Source: Azolla caroliniana
Lineage: Eukaryota; Plantae; Polypodiophyta
Direction of reading: 5' to 3'
Length of the DNA stretch: 64,000 bases
NCBI GenBank assembly: GCA_043228905.1
Contig: JBHGNT010000021.1
Coordinates: 3,534,001-3,598,000 of the forward strand
Positions within the stretch are counted from its first letter, which is position 1, and the number at the start of each line of letters is the position of its first letter. Positions 49,003 to 59,912 of the stretch are shown here, piece after piece. Both the position numbers and the translations under genes were made by a program. The notes beneath the pieces are model-generated. The model saw only the letters and a program-made list of their open reading frames with translations, searched no databases and was not told where the DNA came from.

Positions 49003-49416
49003 TAACAATCGTTAACGGTTCCATTTGAAACAAATCGAACCGCGAAACCACGGCTTAACGGTTTAAACGGTTTGGTTCAAGTTTGGGTTTTTTTAACGGT
49101 TCAGTTTCAACGGTTAGAAACCACGGTTTAAAGGTTTTTTATTTTTTTATTTTTATTTTTTACAAAATGGTTTTTAAACAATCTTTTCATTTTCATGCCT
49201 TATTTTCACATTATAGGAAAATCTTTAAAATTTTGAAATTTTAAATAATGAAATATTTTAAATTTTGACCTAAGCTGAAAACTGAAACTTAACAACGAAA
49301 CTAGTTTATTGGCTTAATGGTTTGAATTTTTTTTAATGGTTCGGTTCGGTTCAGGTGTCTAAAACTTTAAACGGTTCGGTTTTGACCCTCTCGAACTGAA
49401 CCATTGCAGATTGTTA
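49003..49416. mobile_element. hAT-type MITE
   Basis: TIR TAACAATC...GATTGTTA (extends imperfectly ~25 bp), 8-bp TSD GTTGTTAC, subterminal AACCG/CGGTT repeats. Confidence 0.88.
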
Positions 49417-52400
49417 GTTGTTACACCTTCCAAATGGTAAAAGTCCTTGTTGGGACAATATAACAAGTGAAGTCTGTTACCCGTTCCCTTGGGTGAACAC
49501 CTTTGATAGATCTGCGGCTATCGGTATTCAAGGGCGTGGTACGTGAAGGCTCGTAACAGAGGCGTCGAGGGAGAGACAGTGCTCAGAGAGAAAACACTAA
49601 CGAGATCTTGACAGGCGTGGGCGGCGCTCAAATCATACGTATGAATCAAAGCACAGACACATGGAGCAAATTGGGCACAATTCAGATATATTACTACGAC
49701 AGAAGAGATTACAGAACACGGCCTACGGTCGGTGACCTTACAAGATTAGCTAGTTACGAGGGACTCAACTAGTGCTTCCGCCTATATTTTCTTCTCCCCC
49801 CCACTCTGAGGTACTGGTCTGTGTTTAAATAACTTTTCCCCTAATACACAACCGAGCCGTCGGTGGCCCGTGATACTCGGACTCGGCGTTTGCTAATTTC
49901 CTAATTTTACATTTCTATCCTCTGGACAACACCTGGCACGCCCGTGGGACAGGACCTTGTCCGTCGGACCCACGACTTACAAAATACTAACAATATTACA
50001 AAAATTGCCTTTTAGGCGTGATCCTCGTTTCATTCCTCTTTTAAGATGTCGAGGATGTTTTCGGGGTCCGGGGTGGTGGCATGGTGGTCTGGTTGGACTA
50101 TCGGTGCGGGGGGTTGAGTTTGGTCCGGGGGTATCATATCTTCTCGGGCGTCCGCCTCCGGTGCCGCCGATTCTTTTGGTGGGGGTGTGGGTTCGAGGGC
50201 GTTGACCTCTACTTCGACTGGATCTGGTACCGTGTGGGCGTCCATGGGATGTCTGTTGGCCGGGGCAAGTTCCTCTTGTGCCATGTTCGTGATCTCCTTG
50301 CTAGAAGGTTCTTCCTTCTGCTCTGTGGCCGTTGGAGGGCTGGTTGGGATGGCTGCGAGTCGTTCTCGTTCGAAGGCTTCTGCTTCCAGGCGAAACAACA
50401 TTTGACCGTCATTGAAGTCCTCCATTATTTGCTCGATTGCCGCGGTGTGAGATTTTCCCAAGGACTGGTAATCCTCGGTTAAATCTGCACGCAGGTTTTG
50501 TATGCTGGCTTCGTCCATTTTGTAGAAGCCGCGGCCCTCCTTCCGTCGGTTCTCGGCGTCGGCGCGTAAAATATGCAACTCGGTAGCTTGGGCTGCCCAT
50601 TCGTCTCTTGCGCGACTTAATGTTTCCTCGACCTTTTTGGTCAGGTGCTGGCGCTGTTTCTCGATCAGTATTTTGATGCGTGTCTCATCCATGCCGGGTT
50701 GTGCTCGGATGGCCGCTAAGTCCTGTTTTAAGCCGTCGACCTTGGCCTGAAGCTTCTGTGCTCGTAGTTCATAGATGGCTTGAGTGTTCTTTGCATCCGC
50801 GGTTACAAGCTGGATAGCCTGCTCGTAACGCTTGGTGAGTTCTTCGGTGGCTTGCTCTCGTTCTTTTTGACACGCGGCCCGGACTTGTACCCGTTCGACG
50901 ATTCTCTCCTCTTGTAGGGCGAAGTAGGAATCTGATAATTTGTCTTTTTGCTCCGAAAGTAGCTTGCATTTGATGAAAAACTCGTCAGCCATTTCTTTAA
51001 GGGTCGTACGCTGACTCTGCAGCTCGGCATTCTCCGCGATCATTCTCTCCTCCCGTCGATGGTTCCAATCTTTCGCATTGTCGAGCACGGCCTGTAGGTC
51101 TAGGACCTCCTTCTCTTTCTTTGCCACTGTGGTTGCGTATTCCTCCAGCTTGCTTTTGAGTTCGGCTTCTTTGCCCGCGGCTTGCGCTTGTACCCGGCCC
51201 AGTGCTTCGTTCTGCTCATGTATCCTTTGGTCGGCCTGGGCTCTCATCTCGGCCATCTGCTTGGAAGCTTCTTCTTTTAGGCGAGCCATCGCCTCTTGAT
51301 GCCGTTGTTCATGTCTCTCGGTTCGCCGTTGTTCTTCTTTAAGCTCCGCACGGTAATCCCGGAGCGGGGGTTCTGTCTGGGTTGCCACCTCCTTGGGTGC
51401 ACGAGGGGGTGGTATCTCGGTCTTCTCCATGGGCGTGGGCGCCTCGGTTGTTGTGCAGGCATCGACCATTTGTAACGAGTCCGTTTGTGTACTGGCCTGC
51501 ATCGTCAGGATTGAGTCGGTGATGGTGCTTTCATCCATCATTGTTATGCGTGGAGGCGCTGGGAGGGCCTCGGTGGTCATGACCGGAAGGCTCAAGAGTT
51601 GTTGTTCCGGCCGGTTTTGCTCCCAGGCTGCCAGCTTCTGGTTCGTAGCGTGCCATAATTCTGTAGCCATCTTAGCCTGTTTTTGGGCTATTTTTATCTT
51701 TCGGGCCATGTCTTTGGCTGCCCGCGTAGTGCGATTCAGGTCCCGATATGCCTCGATAAGGGCCGTGTTCAACTCGGGGACCTCCATGAGGAGAGCGACA
51801 TGTTTTGCCTGCTTCTTTCTCCCGATTTTTTGTAAAGCCCTATCCTCCTAGGGCTCAATTTCACCTATTAGCGCGCGTTGAATCATTTTTGTTTCGGCGT
51901 GCTCCTCCGCCATTTGAGCAGCTGCCGCGACTTGGGCTCTGGCGAGGAAGTCGACCAGCTCGAATGTCGTACCGAGGTGTAGGAGCGTACTAAATTCGTA
52001 AGCCTCCGCGGGGAGGTCCTTATACCCGAGGACTTCATCCTCCGAGATCTGCGTTGTCTGCCCATGCTCGATCTTTCCCTGGTTCAGCGATGCCTCCTTA
52101 GGGATGATGGCCAGGTTGCTCTGTCTGACAACTAAGGCTTGCTCCTGTTGTGGCTCTTTCTGTTCTTCCGAGGACTCGCGGTTGAGTCATCTTCTCTTGC
52201 TTGGCTATGTTTGGGGTTCCGGGGTCGGTAGTGTCGTTTCCTCCACCTACTTCCTTTTCTGGGGTCATGGTGGTGCAGCCTGCTGTGTGTTGGGGCGTGG
52301 GCTAGGCCCTCAGGAAGTTATCGAGGGGCGTGACGTTGGTTGTCGAATGGTGACGTCATCGGCCGTGTTGTCTTCCGCGGCTACCTCCTCCTCCCATTCT

Positions 52401-53107
52401 TGGTAGGTCTCGGAAACTGCCCTTTTTTGTTGGGGTTGGGTGGGTGGTGGTGGAGATGCGGGGTTTTGGTCGGCGGCAGGAGGTGGAGGCGATGTGGGCT
52501 CCTCCCATGCTTCGTGGCTGATGGCAATGAATTTCTCTTTCTGCCTTCGTGGTGGTGGTGGGGACGTGAGTGTGCGAGGGGAAGGAAGAGAAGAGGGTGG
52601 GTATAGAACCATCAAAAAGTGGGTAAGAACAGACAACATCTTCTTACCGGATTGAAATGAAGCTAAGGCGGCGCGGAGTCCTTCGCCTGTGATGATTCCC
52701 CAATCGATTCTATTTCCTTCATACGCGTTGTCGCGAAGATGCGCGTGCGAGCGTGCTTCGCTTGAGCGGGACCACCGGGGTCTTGGACCAAGGAGGATGT
52801 CCGTCAAGGTATTGAGAAGAGGACGATGTGAATGTAAGATTGGAGGAAGACCTATTACACTTGAGAAGATTGAAGATTGTACACTTTCAGAAGTAGATAA
52901 ATAATTACAAGATAGATGCGAAGAAGAAGAAATAGAAGCTTATATTATTGATGGTGATGATGATGGTCATATCATATTGACACAGTTTTGCTTTGTGACA
53001 TGCAAGAAACCATGGGCTTAAAACCGTGGTTTTGTGTACACGGTTTTGTTCGTTTGTTTCCTACGGAATACTGAATATGAGAAAGAAATATAGAACATCT
53101 AAAGCAC

Positions 53108-53180
53108 TTAGTAGTAGCTTTAGTGGTAAGGTAATTGCCTCTTACCTTAGGGGTGCAAGGTTCAAATCCTACTTGCAACC
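53108..53180 (+). promoter_or_regulatory. tRNA-like Pol III A/B-box cassette in N3 LTR (second copy 56030-56102)
   Basis: TAGCTTTAGTGGTAAG (A box) and GGTGCAAGGTTCAAATCC (B box), antisense to the element. Confidence 0.6.
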
Positions 53181-53261
53181 CTCTACATGCACTCAATGCC
53201 ATTGTGACCTAGGTTTATTTATTTTCATTTTTACAAGTATTCGTGAAATGTGTGTGGATCC

Positions 53262-55610
53262 TCAATTTTTGAGTTTTTCTCGCACTAGACATGCCACATC
53301 ACGACATCCACCCCCACCAAACTGCACATCCTCCGGTATGTGCCAAGAAGAAAAGAGTGATGTGGAAGGGTCAAAGGTGGTTGGTGTTTGATTTCCTCCT
53401 TTCTTGTGCCTCGTCCGCACCGTCTTTTTGTCGTCTACTTCGAACTGCCGTTGCCATCCGATCCACCATATCATTCGCTTACCTTTTTTATTGCCATGTC
53501 TAGTTGTCATGGCTCCCTGTGCTCCTCCCAAGCATAACGCTTCATGCCTCGTGCATGTGCCACCTTCATCTCGGCCATCTCCTTGGTCACTTAACTTTCC
53601 TTTATCATCCTTTCTCGTCTCATGCTTGCCTTTCCTTATGCTCAACAGCCTCGATTGGATGTCGCAGCTCGTTTGCTTTGACCTCTGTCTAGGCCGGCTC
53701 AACTTCTGTCGGGATCGGTCTCGACCAATCAACTTCTGGCTTGGTCGGCCTTCGTTCGGATTCGCATTCGGCCGAATCGGACTTAGATGATTGACTTTCG
53801 TCCGGGTTAGTTTCCGTCCGGTTTTCAGTTGGGTCGGGCCTAGTTGATCAACTCTCGTCCGGGTCGGCTTCCATTCGGGTCGGAATACCAACTGAGTCAT
53901 CTTCCATCCGGATTGTATTCCGGTTCTTCCTTTCTTGCCGCTCTTTGGCTCTTCATCGAACTCTATTGTAGCTTTGTTTTTGGCCTCCTTGTTGGCAACC
54001 GTTCCTCTGTATGCGCCGGCTTCGACCCTCATCTCCTCGCTACCACCTTCCATCTCTCCGGTCTGATGTTGGCTCTCGGGCACAACTGCCGAAGTCTTCG
54101 GAACCTGTGTGGAGGGATCCCTTCGTCTGTGGTCATCGTCCTCATTGCCACTTTGGTCCTTCGATTTCTTGCCGTCACCTTCCGCCTCTCCGGTCTCACG
54201 TTGACACTCGGGCACAACTGCCGAAGTCTCAGGAAGAAATGTGGGGAGAACCTCGACACCATCGGTCACCGTCTTCTCATCCATAGCCATCTTTCGCTCA
54301 ATGTTGTTATTCGCATTGTCTTCAATATTTTCTTCCCCACCACTTTTCGTCTCTTGGGTCTCATGTTGGCTCTCGGACGCAACTGCCCAAGTCTCTAGAT
54401 CAAGTGTTGGGAAAGTCTCGACACGGTCATCCGTCGTGAACTCTTCCTTAGCCATCTGCGACTTGATGTCGTTTCTCGTGGCTACCGCCTCAATCACGTC
54501 GACCTCGCACTCTTTACATCCCTTGATCACGCAAGCTTCCCTCATGCTTGCACCTTCATTACTCGATATTTCGGACACATCACGTGTTCTGAAATGCTCA
54601 TCCACTCTTAAAGCAGCATTTCCCGCTCTCGAGTCTTCGGCCCTTCTCTCGACCATCGTTCCTCCATAAGTCGAGAAGGTGGCTTGTTTCACACCTTCTC
54701 CCATGGTACTGTCATACCAAACCTGGGCCTTCGTATTGGCTGCACCATTAGTCTGCATTTGTCGGGAGGTCTCCTCTTCGTCGATCACCATTTTCCTCGG
54801 TTTTGTTTTCAGCTTCTCTTGAACCTCGACTTGTGCCTTTAAGTTCATTATTGCCTCTCTCATCAAGGCTTCTATGTTGAGTTCTTTCGAAGCTTCCCTC
54901 TTCGAGCTTTCTTCCTTCAGTGGGTTTTTATTGCCACATCCCATTCTCCTTTGAACATCCCTTGTGGGTCGTGTTGTTGTCGATGAGAGTCTCATCTCCT
55001 TCTTATCGTGTTGTCGGCATACCCTTTCCACTTTGGCCCAATCCTCAGTGAGGCCATTTTCACCATTGTCATCCTCGAGTTGGATTCCAATGGTCTTCCT
55101 TTCATTCCGATCGATTGACTTTACAAACATCAGAACTTTATTCACCCCCACCAATCTTCGATCCCGGTCCGAGAGTTGAGCGAAGCGATACTCAAACTCA
55201 ACGAATGCATGCATAGCACTCTGGTGGGTCTTTCTCGATGACACCCATTCGTGAAACTCATATAGACCTCGTTCCTTTTGCTCTTCGTAACCATATGACT
55301 CTCGTAAAGCTTCTTTGAAGGACACCCACGAATCGTGAGTTTTTTGAATCTCTTTAATCTCTTCGAAGATTGGTTCGGCCACCACTCGACAAAAGTACTC
55401 CAGCCTCATTGCTTCCTCCACTCCTCTTGAATCCATTTCGGCATTGTAGGCCTTTAGAAATTTTTGGACTTTGCCTCCATCGAAAAACCCGACTCGCTTG
55501 ATCATGCTTTCGACGGCTTGTTGGGCCGCACGTCGTGTTTTCCCTTCTCTTGAAAACTCCATCATCATCTTTGACATTGCCTTCATTAGATATTCCTCGT
55601 CCAGCTTCAT
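53262..55610 (-). CDS. Gag capsid-like domain with acidic repeats, basic tract and Trp motif, 782 aa
   Basis: VGFFDGGKV, SWVSFKEAL, VLMFVKSID, GLTEDWAKVERVC; intact and reads through the PPT into the LTR. Confidence 0.88.
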   Translation of the reverse strand: MKLDEEYLMKAMSKMMMEFSREGKTRRAAQQAVESMIKRVGFFDGGKVQKFLKAYNAEMDSRGVEEAMRLEYFCRVVAEPIFEEIKEIQKTHDSWVSFKEALRESYGYEEQKERGLYEFHEWVSSRKTHQSAMHAFVEFEYRFAQLSDRDRRLVGVNKVLMFVKSIDRNERKTIGIQLEDDNGENGLTEDWAKVERVCRQHDKKEMRLSSTTTRPTRDVQRRMGCGNKNPLKEESSKREASKELNIEALMREAIMNLKAQVEVQEKLKTKPRKMVIDEEETSRQMQTNGAANTKAQVWYDSTMGEGVKQATFSTYGGTMVERRAEDSRAGNAALRVDEHFRTRDVSEISSNEGASMREACVIKGCKECEVDVIEAVATRNDIKSQMAKEEFTTDDRVETFPTLDLETWAVASESQHETQETKSGGEENIEDNANNNIERKMAMDEKTVTDGVEVLPTFLPETSAVVPECQRETGEAEGDGKKSKDQSGNEDDDHRRRDPSTQVPKTSAVVPESQHQTGEMEGGSEEMRVEAGAYRGTVANKEAKNKATIEFDEEPKSGKKGRTGIQSGWKMTQLVFRPEWKPTRTRVDQLGPTQLKTGRKLTRTKVNHLSPIRPNANPNEGRPSQKLIGRDRSRQKLSRPRQRSKQTSCDIQSRLLSIRKGKHETRKDDKGKLSDQGDGRDEGGTCTRHEALCLGGAQGAMTTRHGNKKGKRMIWWIGWQRQFEVDDKKTVRTRHKKGGNQTPTTFDPSTSLFSSWHIPEDVQFGGGGCRDVACLVREKLKN

Positions 55611-56526
55611 CCTCCCCTACCGCTCTTCACGTCGGGTTCACCAAAAAAAATGTCACGAAGATGCGCGTGCGAGCGTGCTTCGCTTGAGCGGGACCACCGG
55701 GGTCTTGGACCAAGGAGGATGTCCGTCAAGGTATTGAGAAGAGGACGATGTGAATGTAAGATTGGAGGAAGACCTATTACACTTGAGAAGATTGAAGATT
55801 GTACACTTTCAGAAGTAGATAAATAATTACAAGATAGATGCGAAGAAGAAGAAATAGAAGCTTATATTATTGATGGTGATGATGATGGTCATATCATATT
55901 GACACAGTTTTGCTTTGTGACATGCAAGAAACCATGGGCTTAAAACCGTGGTTTTGTGTACACGGTTTTGTTCGTTTGTTTCCTACGGAATACTGAATAT
56001 GAGAAAGAAATATAGAACATCTAAAGCACTTAGTAGTAGCTTTAGTGGTAAGGTAATTGCCTCTTACCTTAGGGGTGCAAGGTTCAAATCCTACTTGCAA
56101 CCCTCTACATACACTCAATGCCATTGTGACCTAGGTTTATTTATTTTCATTTTTACAAGTATTCGTGAAATGTGTGTGGATCCTCAATTTTTGAGTTTTT
56201 CTCGCACTAGACATGCCACATCACGACAGCGCTGATGATGATGGTTGCCTTGTTCTGCGGCATGCTCGTTGGGTTCGTATGCACGAACGCATACTCCATT
56301 AATATACGAGCAATCTCCCCGAAAGCTATGTTGGGACCGCCATACGTGCGATGTGCTTTCCCTGAGGCTGAGTACTCCCCGAAGTACGCTTTCATCTTCG
56401 ATGCCAAGGGTAGGTCGACCTCATGGTCCCCTCCCCGTTGCAGGTCCAAAACAGCCCGAAGCACGTTGTTGGTGATGGCTTCGGGACTTATACGTTTAGC
56501 CACACCTTGGGCATCTGGGTGCGCGG

Positions 56527-59500
56527 TGTCGTGAAGAAAACCGTCCCTTAGCGCAATCGGTGCATAGCGCGCGTGAACCGACTCTTCGCGTGTGCGCGCC
56601 CTTAATGTATATAATAGGGGATTAGGTACATAGGTATATCCTGGGTAGTTAGATTCGGTAGGTAGGAAGTAAATGAGGGAGACGGCTCCCTTCTGGACGC
56701 TATAAAGAAGAGGGAGACGCAAGGGAGAAGGGAATCGCGCATTAAGGAGGACGAAGTGCTGTCGAACCGTAACCGAACGCTTCTCCTCTGTTCGTTCTCG
56801 ATTGCTCTTCTCTGCAGGGTTTCGGGAGGCTCACGCTGCTTCAAGGAACGCCCGTGTGCTTCCGGCAGCACCTCCACCCTTTTCTCCTTTCGTGCGCATA
56901 CGAACAGGCATCCGCATCTGTAAGCCGGCCTGTTCGGTTGTAATAGCTCGCGTGCTCTGTTGTGTATTTGTTATTCGTTAATCTACAAAAACTTGTGTCT
57001 CCCTGTCTCTGTGTCCATTCGCGTCTTCTATGTTGACGAGCCGTGCCCATGTGTTTCTTTGCTCGTACGTTACCGGTCGTCTTTCTCTTTCTCTTTCCCC
57101 TCCTATCACCTGCTCTTCGGTTCAAGACCCCGGTGGTCCCGCCTCGTTTCTCCACGCACGCGCGTAACAACGCGACATATTTTGTGAACCCGACGTGAAA
57201 CAAGGCGGCAGAGGAGCAGAAGATGAGGGGGTCGGATCTTGCAGAGGCCATGGCTTCGGCCGTGGACCGGATAGTGAGCGCACGCGAGGGCACCGGCGCC
57301 CTTGACAGGGCTATTGAGGCGATCGTCGGTATGATTGGCCGATTCAGTGGAAAGGATACCACGAGTTATTTGGCGTCCTACTGGGCGGAGATGTTGATGA
57401 GGGATATTCCGGAAGAGAGGCGTCTTGCCGGATTCCCTCGAGTGGCGATGCCATGCATCCATGCGGAGGTGCTCGAGGTTCGGGCGGAGAGCCGGACTTG
57501 GGAAGAGTTCGAAGGACGGCTCCTGGAGAAATACGGGCTGGATGACGCGCTTTGACTTTTGAAGTGGGGCTTCATGGAGTGGGTGGAGTCCCCCAACAAA
57601 GGAAGAAATGCGTCGGCACTCCCCCGGGAGTTTGAGGATTGCTTTGCGCGCCTTTCGGCGCTCGATCGGACCGTTCTGGACACAAGTCGTGTCCTACTGT
57701 TTGTCAAATCGGTTGACGCACGGGATCGGGAGCAAGTGAGCTCCTTACTCGAAACCAAAGACGAGCTAACGGCCGATTGGGCCGCGGTAAAAAGAGTCTG
57801 CGGCCGTTTTGACAAACAGTGGGAGTGGGCTGATACAGGGGCGACCGGGGTGGGTCCTGTCGCACCAAGGAAGCTTGAACCGATACCGCGGGCGCGAAGG
57901 GAAGAGACCCGGGAGTGGCCCGAAACCGGTTCGGCTTCGACCGGCGTGGTCAGAGGCTCGTCCGGGGGAACAGCTTTAGAGGAGTTGACACGGGCGGTAA
58001 AGGATCTCCAGATCGCCCAGGCTCGGAGGGAAGGTGGCGAACAGCCTCGTGACCAACGGCCTCCGGCAGGAAATAGGTGCATGTGGTGCGACGAGGTTGG
58101 CCACATCCGGAAAGACTGCGGGGACTTTGCGGAGGCTTTGAGAAGCCGGGTAGTGTACCTGTGGGAAGGTCGGGTGCACGCCAGCGATACCCGTAGGGCG
58201 CTGAACCGAAACGACGGGCGAGGAGGAATGAAAAGGCTGATGGAAGAGGTGGCGGCCCGGCACGCGGAGACCGTCCACTACTCAGCGTCAGCCGGTATTC
58301 GGGTCGGAGGCAGCGAGGCCCGGAAGGAGAGCAAAGCTGGGTTCTGGCCGACGGTGCTGGAAGGCCTCGCCGGTGCCCGACTGAAGAAAGACGAGGCGGA
58401 CCGCGCGGAGAAGCGGGTCCAGGGGGTAACCGGGTGGAGTGACCCGGTCGAAGAAAAGACGAGTTTCGTAGAAGCAGCTTGCCAGAACTACGAGGCCCTG
58501 GTTGAAGACAAACGGGTAGGTAAAACCGGAGGGGCCGGACCCTCACAGAGATACGAAACCCGATTCGGGTCAAAACGGAACGAGGCTGGTGAGTCCAGTG
58601 CTCGGGATAACCACAAGAAGGGCGGATACCGTTTGGGCACGGAAATCGAAAGGACCACGGACCTACGAAAGGTCTTGGAAGAACGAATCCTCAACAACAA
58701 AGTGGAACTGTCATTGCGGGAGGTGCTCGGAATCGCCAAGAAGGAGTTCCACGACTCCATCGTGGACTTGGTGAAGAGGAAGAGGCTGTCAACGGAGGCA
58801 GAACCGGAAAGGTCGGTGGAGGTGCGGACGGCGCACATAGAGGACATGGTGCTGGAAGACGAGTGGACGGAGAGCCACTATTCAAGGCCACACTAGGCCC
58901 GAGCAACCACAGAAACCCCGGTGAAGATCGGAGATGTTCAGGAACCGGTGGTGGCGCTGGTGGACCACGGTTCTGAAATAAACCTGATGTCCATGGACTT
59001 CTACAAGAAGGGGAAATGGCCGATCAACACTAAGCACGGGTGGAAGATACGGGCGGCGACGCGCGCCACCGAGGAACTACACGGGGCCTGCCCAAACGTG
59101 CGAGTCAAGATCGGCGACGTCGAGATAGACCAGCACTTCTTTGTGCAGGAGACGTCCTCGCACCCGGTCATACTGGGAGAACCGTACATTACGGCAACGC
59201 GAATGGAGACCAAGGTGCTGGACAACGGGTCGGCTTACGCGAGGGTCAAGAGTCAGGACGGGCGTCACTCGGTCCAAATCCTGACGGTGAGACTAAACCA
59301 CAAGCGAAACCGCGAGTCCCTCGGTGGCGAGAACCGAGAGGATTTTTAGAGAGCCGTCAAGGCGTGGGGCCACGACAGTCCAGACACTCCGGGAAAACCC
59401 CACAAATGTACGATAGAGGCGAAACCGAAGAAACCTTGTACCATAAGTAGGAAGTTTTGTTTCTCCGACAACGGAGGGTGTACGATAGTCGGCGTCGTAG

Positions 59501-59912
59501 GCCGAGAAAAGACAAGGGCGGAAGAGCGACTTCGGGCGTGCGGAGTTCTCGGGCCCAACGAGGAAATCAACGGAGCCGTGGAGGCGGTCTCCTTCGACGA
59601 TACCTTGGGAATACTGCGAGAGGTGGTCGGAGAGGGCCTTAAGGAGGACCGGACGATACCGGTTTGTTCGGAAGAGATGTACGAAGTCATCACGGACTTC
59701 AGTCGAGGGCTCGAGTCGGATCGGGCGGCTCAGGTTAACACGAAGTACAAGACTGTGGACCGGAAGGTAAGGCCAGTCGCGGCACCCTTACTGGAGGGCA
59801 GCGAGTTGCGAATCAAGGGGGTCGCGTCGGACCCCAGTTTACAAGATCCGGCCTGCATAGGGCACGCCTTCACCGATAGAACGCTACGGGAGCTCAAAAT
59901 CGGTGGGGGCGG
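56527..59912 (+). mobile_element. Ty3/gypsy element A3 (tRNA-Trp group), 5' part: LTR 56527-57177, mutated PBS 57182-57199
   Basis: TGTCGTGAAG...CGCGACA, homology to A1 and A2, left flank GCGG; cut by copia C3. Confidence 0.92.
57223..59912 (+). pseudogene. gag-PR-start of pol of A3, one frame with three stops (57553, 58894, 59347)
   Basis: CCHC CMWCDEVGHIRKDC, protease ALVDHGSEINL...VILG, then KYKTVDRKVRPV as in the A2 pol. Confidence 0.9.

Larger units (their letters stand above)
52729..56228 (-). mobile_element. Gag-only non-autonomous LTR retrotransposon N3
   Basis: 578-bp LTRs at 52729-53306 and 55651-56228 (2 substitutions seen), TSD GCGT/GCGC, Trp PBS 55626-55643, PPT 53307-53318, no pol. 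Confidence 0.95.
49475..56526. mobile_element. LTR element T1: LTR 49475-49931, tRNA-Arg-type PBS-like 49934-49950, opposite-strand ORF; hosts N3 and A3
   Basis: TGTT...AACA followed by CC-TGGCACGCCCGTGGGAC; the other end is outside the window. Confidence 0.7.
50030..56526 (-). pseudogene. Large TE accessory ORF of T1 (helical N-terminal domain, Pro-rich linker, long coiled coil); segments 56233-56526 and 50030-52728
   Basis: The frame joins across N3 (...KATIIIS-AYEGNRIDWGIITGE). The C-terminal ORF is 585 aa and heptad-rich. Stops or frameshifts lie between 51790 and 52310. Confidence 0.7.

Noticed and set aside
50030-51787. Host myosin/SMC-like gene or retroviral env
   Set aside because: It is intronless, lies directly beside an LTR/PBS and is disrupted upstream, and I see no signal peptide or transmembrane anchor. 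A TE accessory coiled-coil protein fits better.
53108-53180. Functional tRNA genes in the N1/N3 LTRs
   Set aside because: I could not form convincing acceptor and anticodon stems; only A/B boxes and a T-arm-like part are supported.
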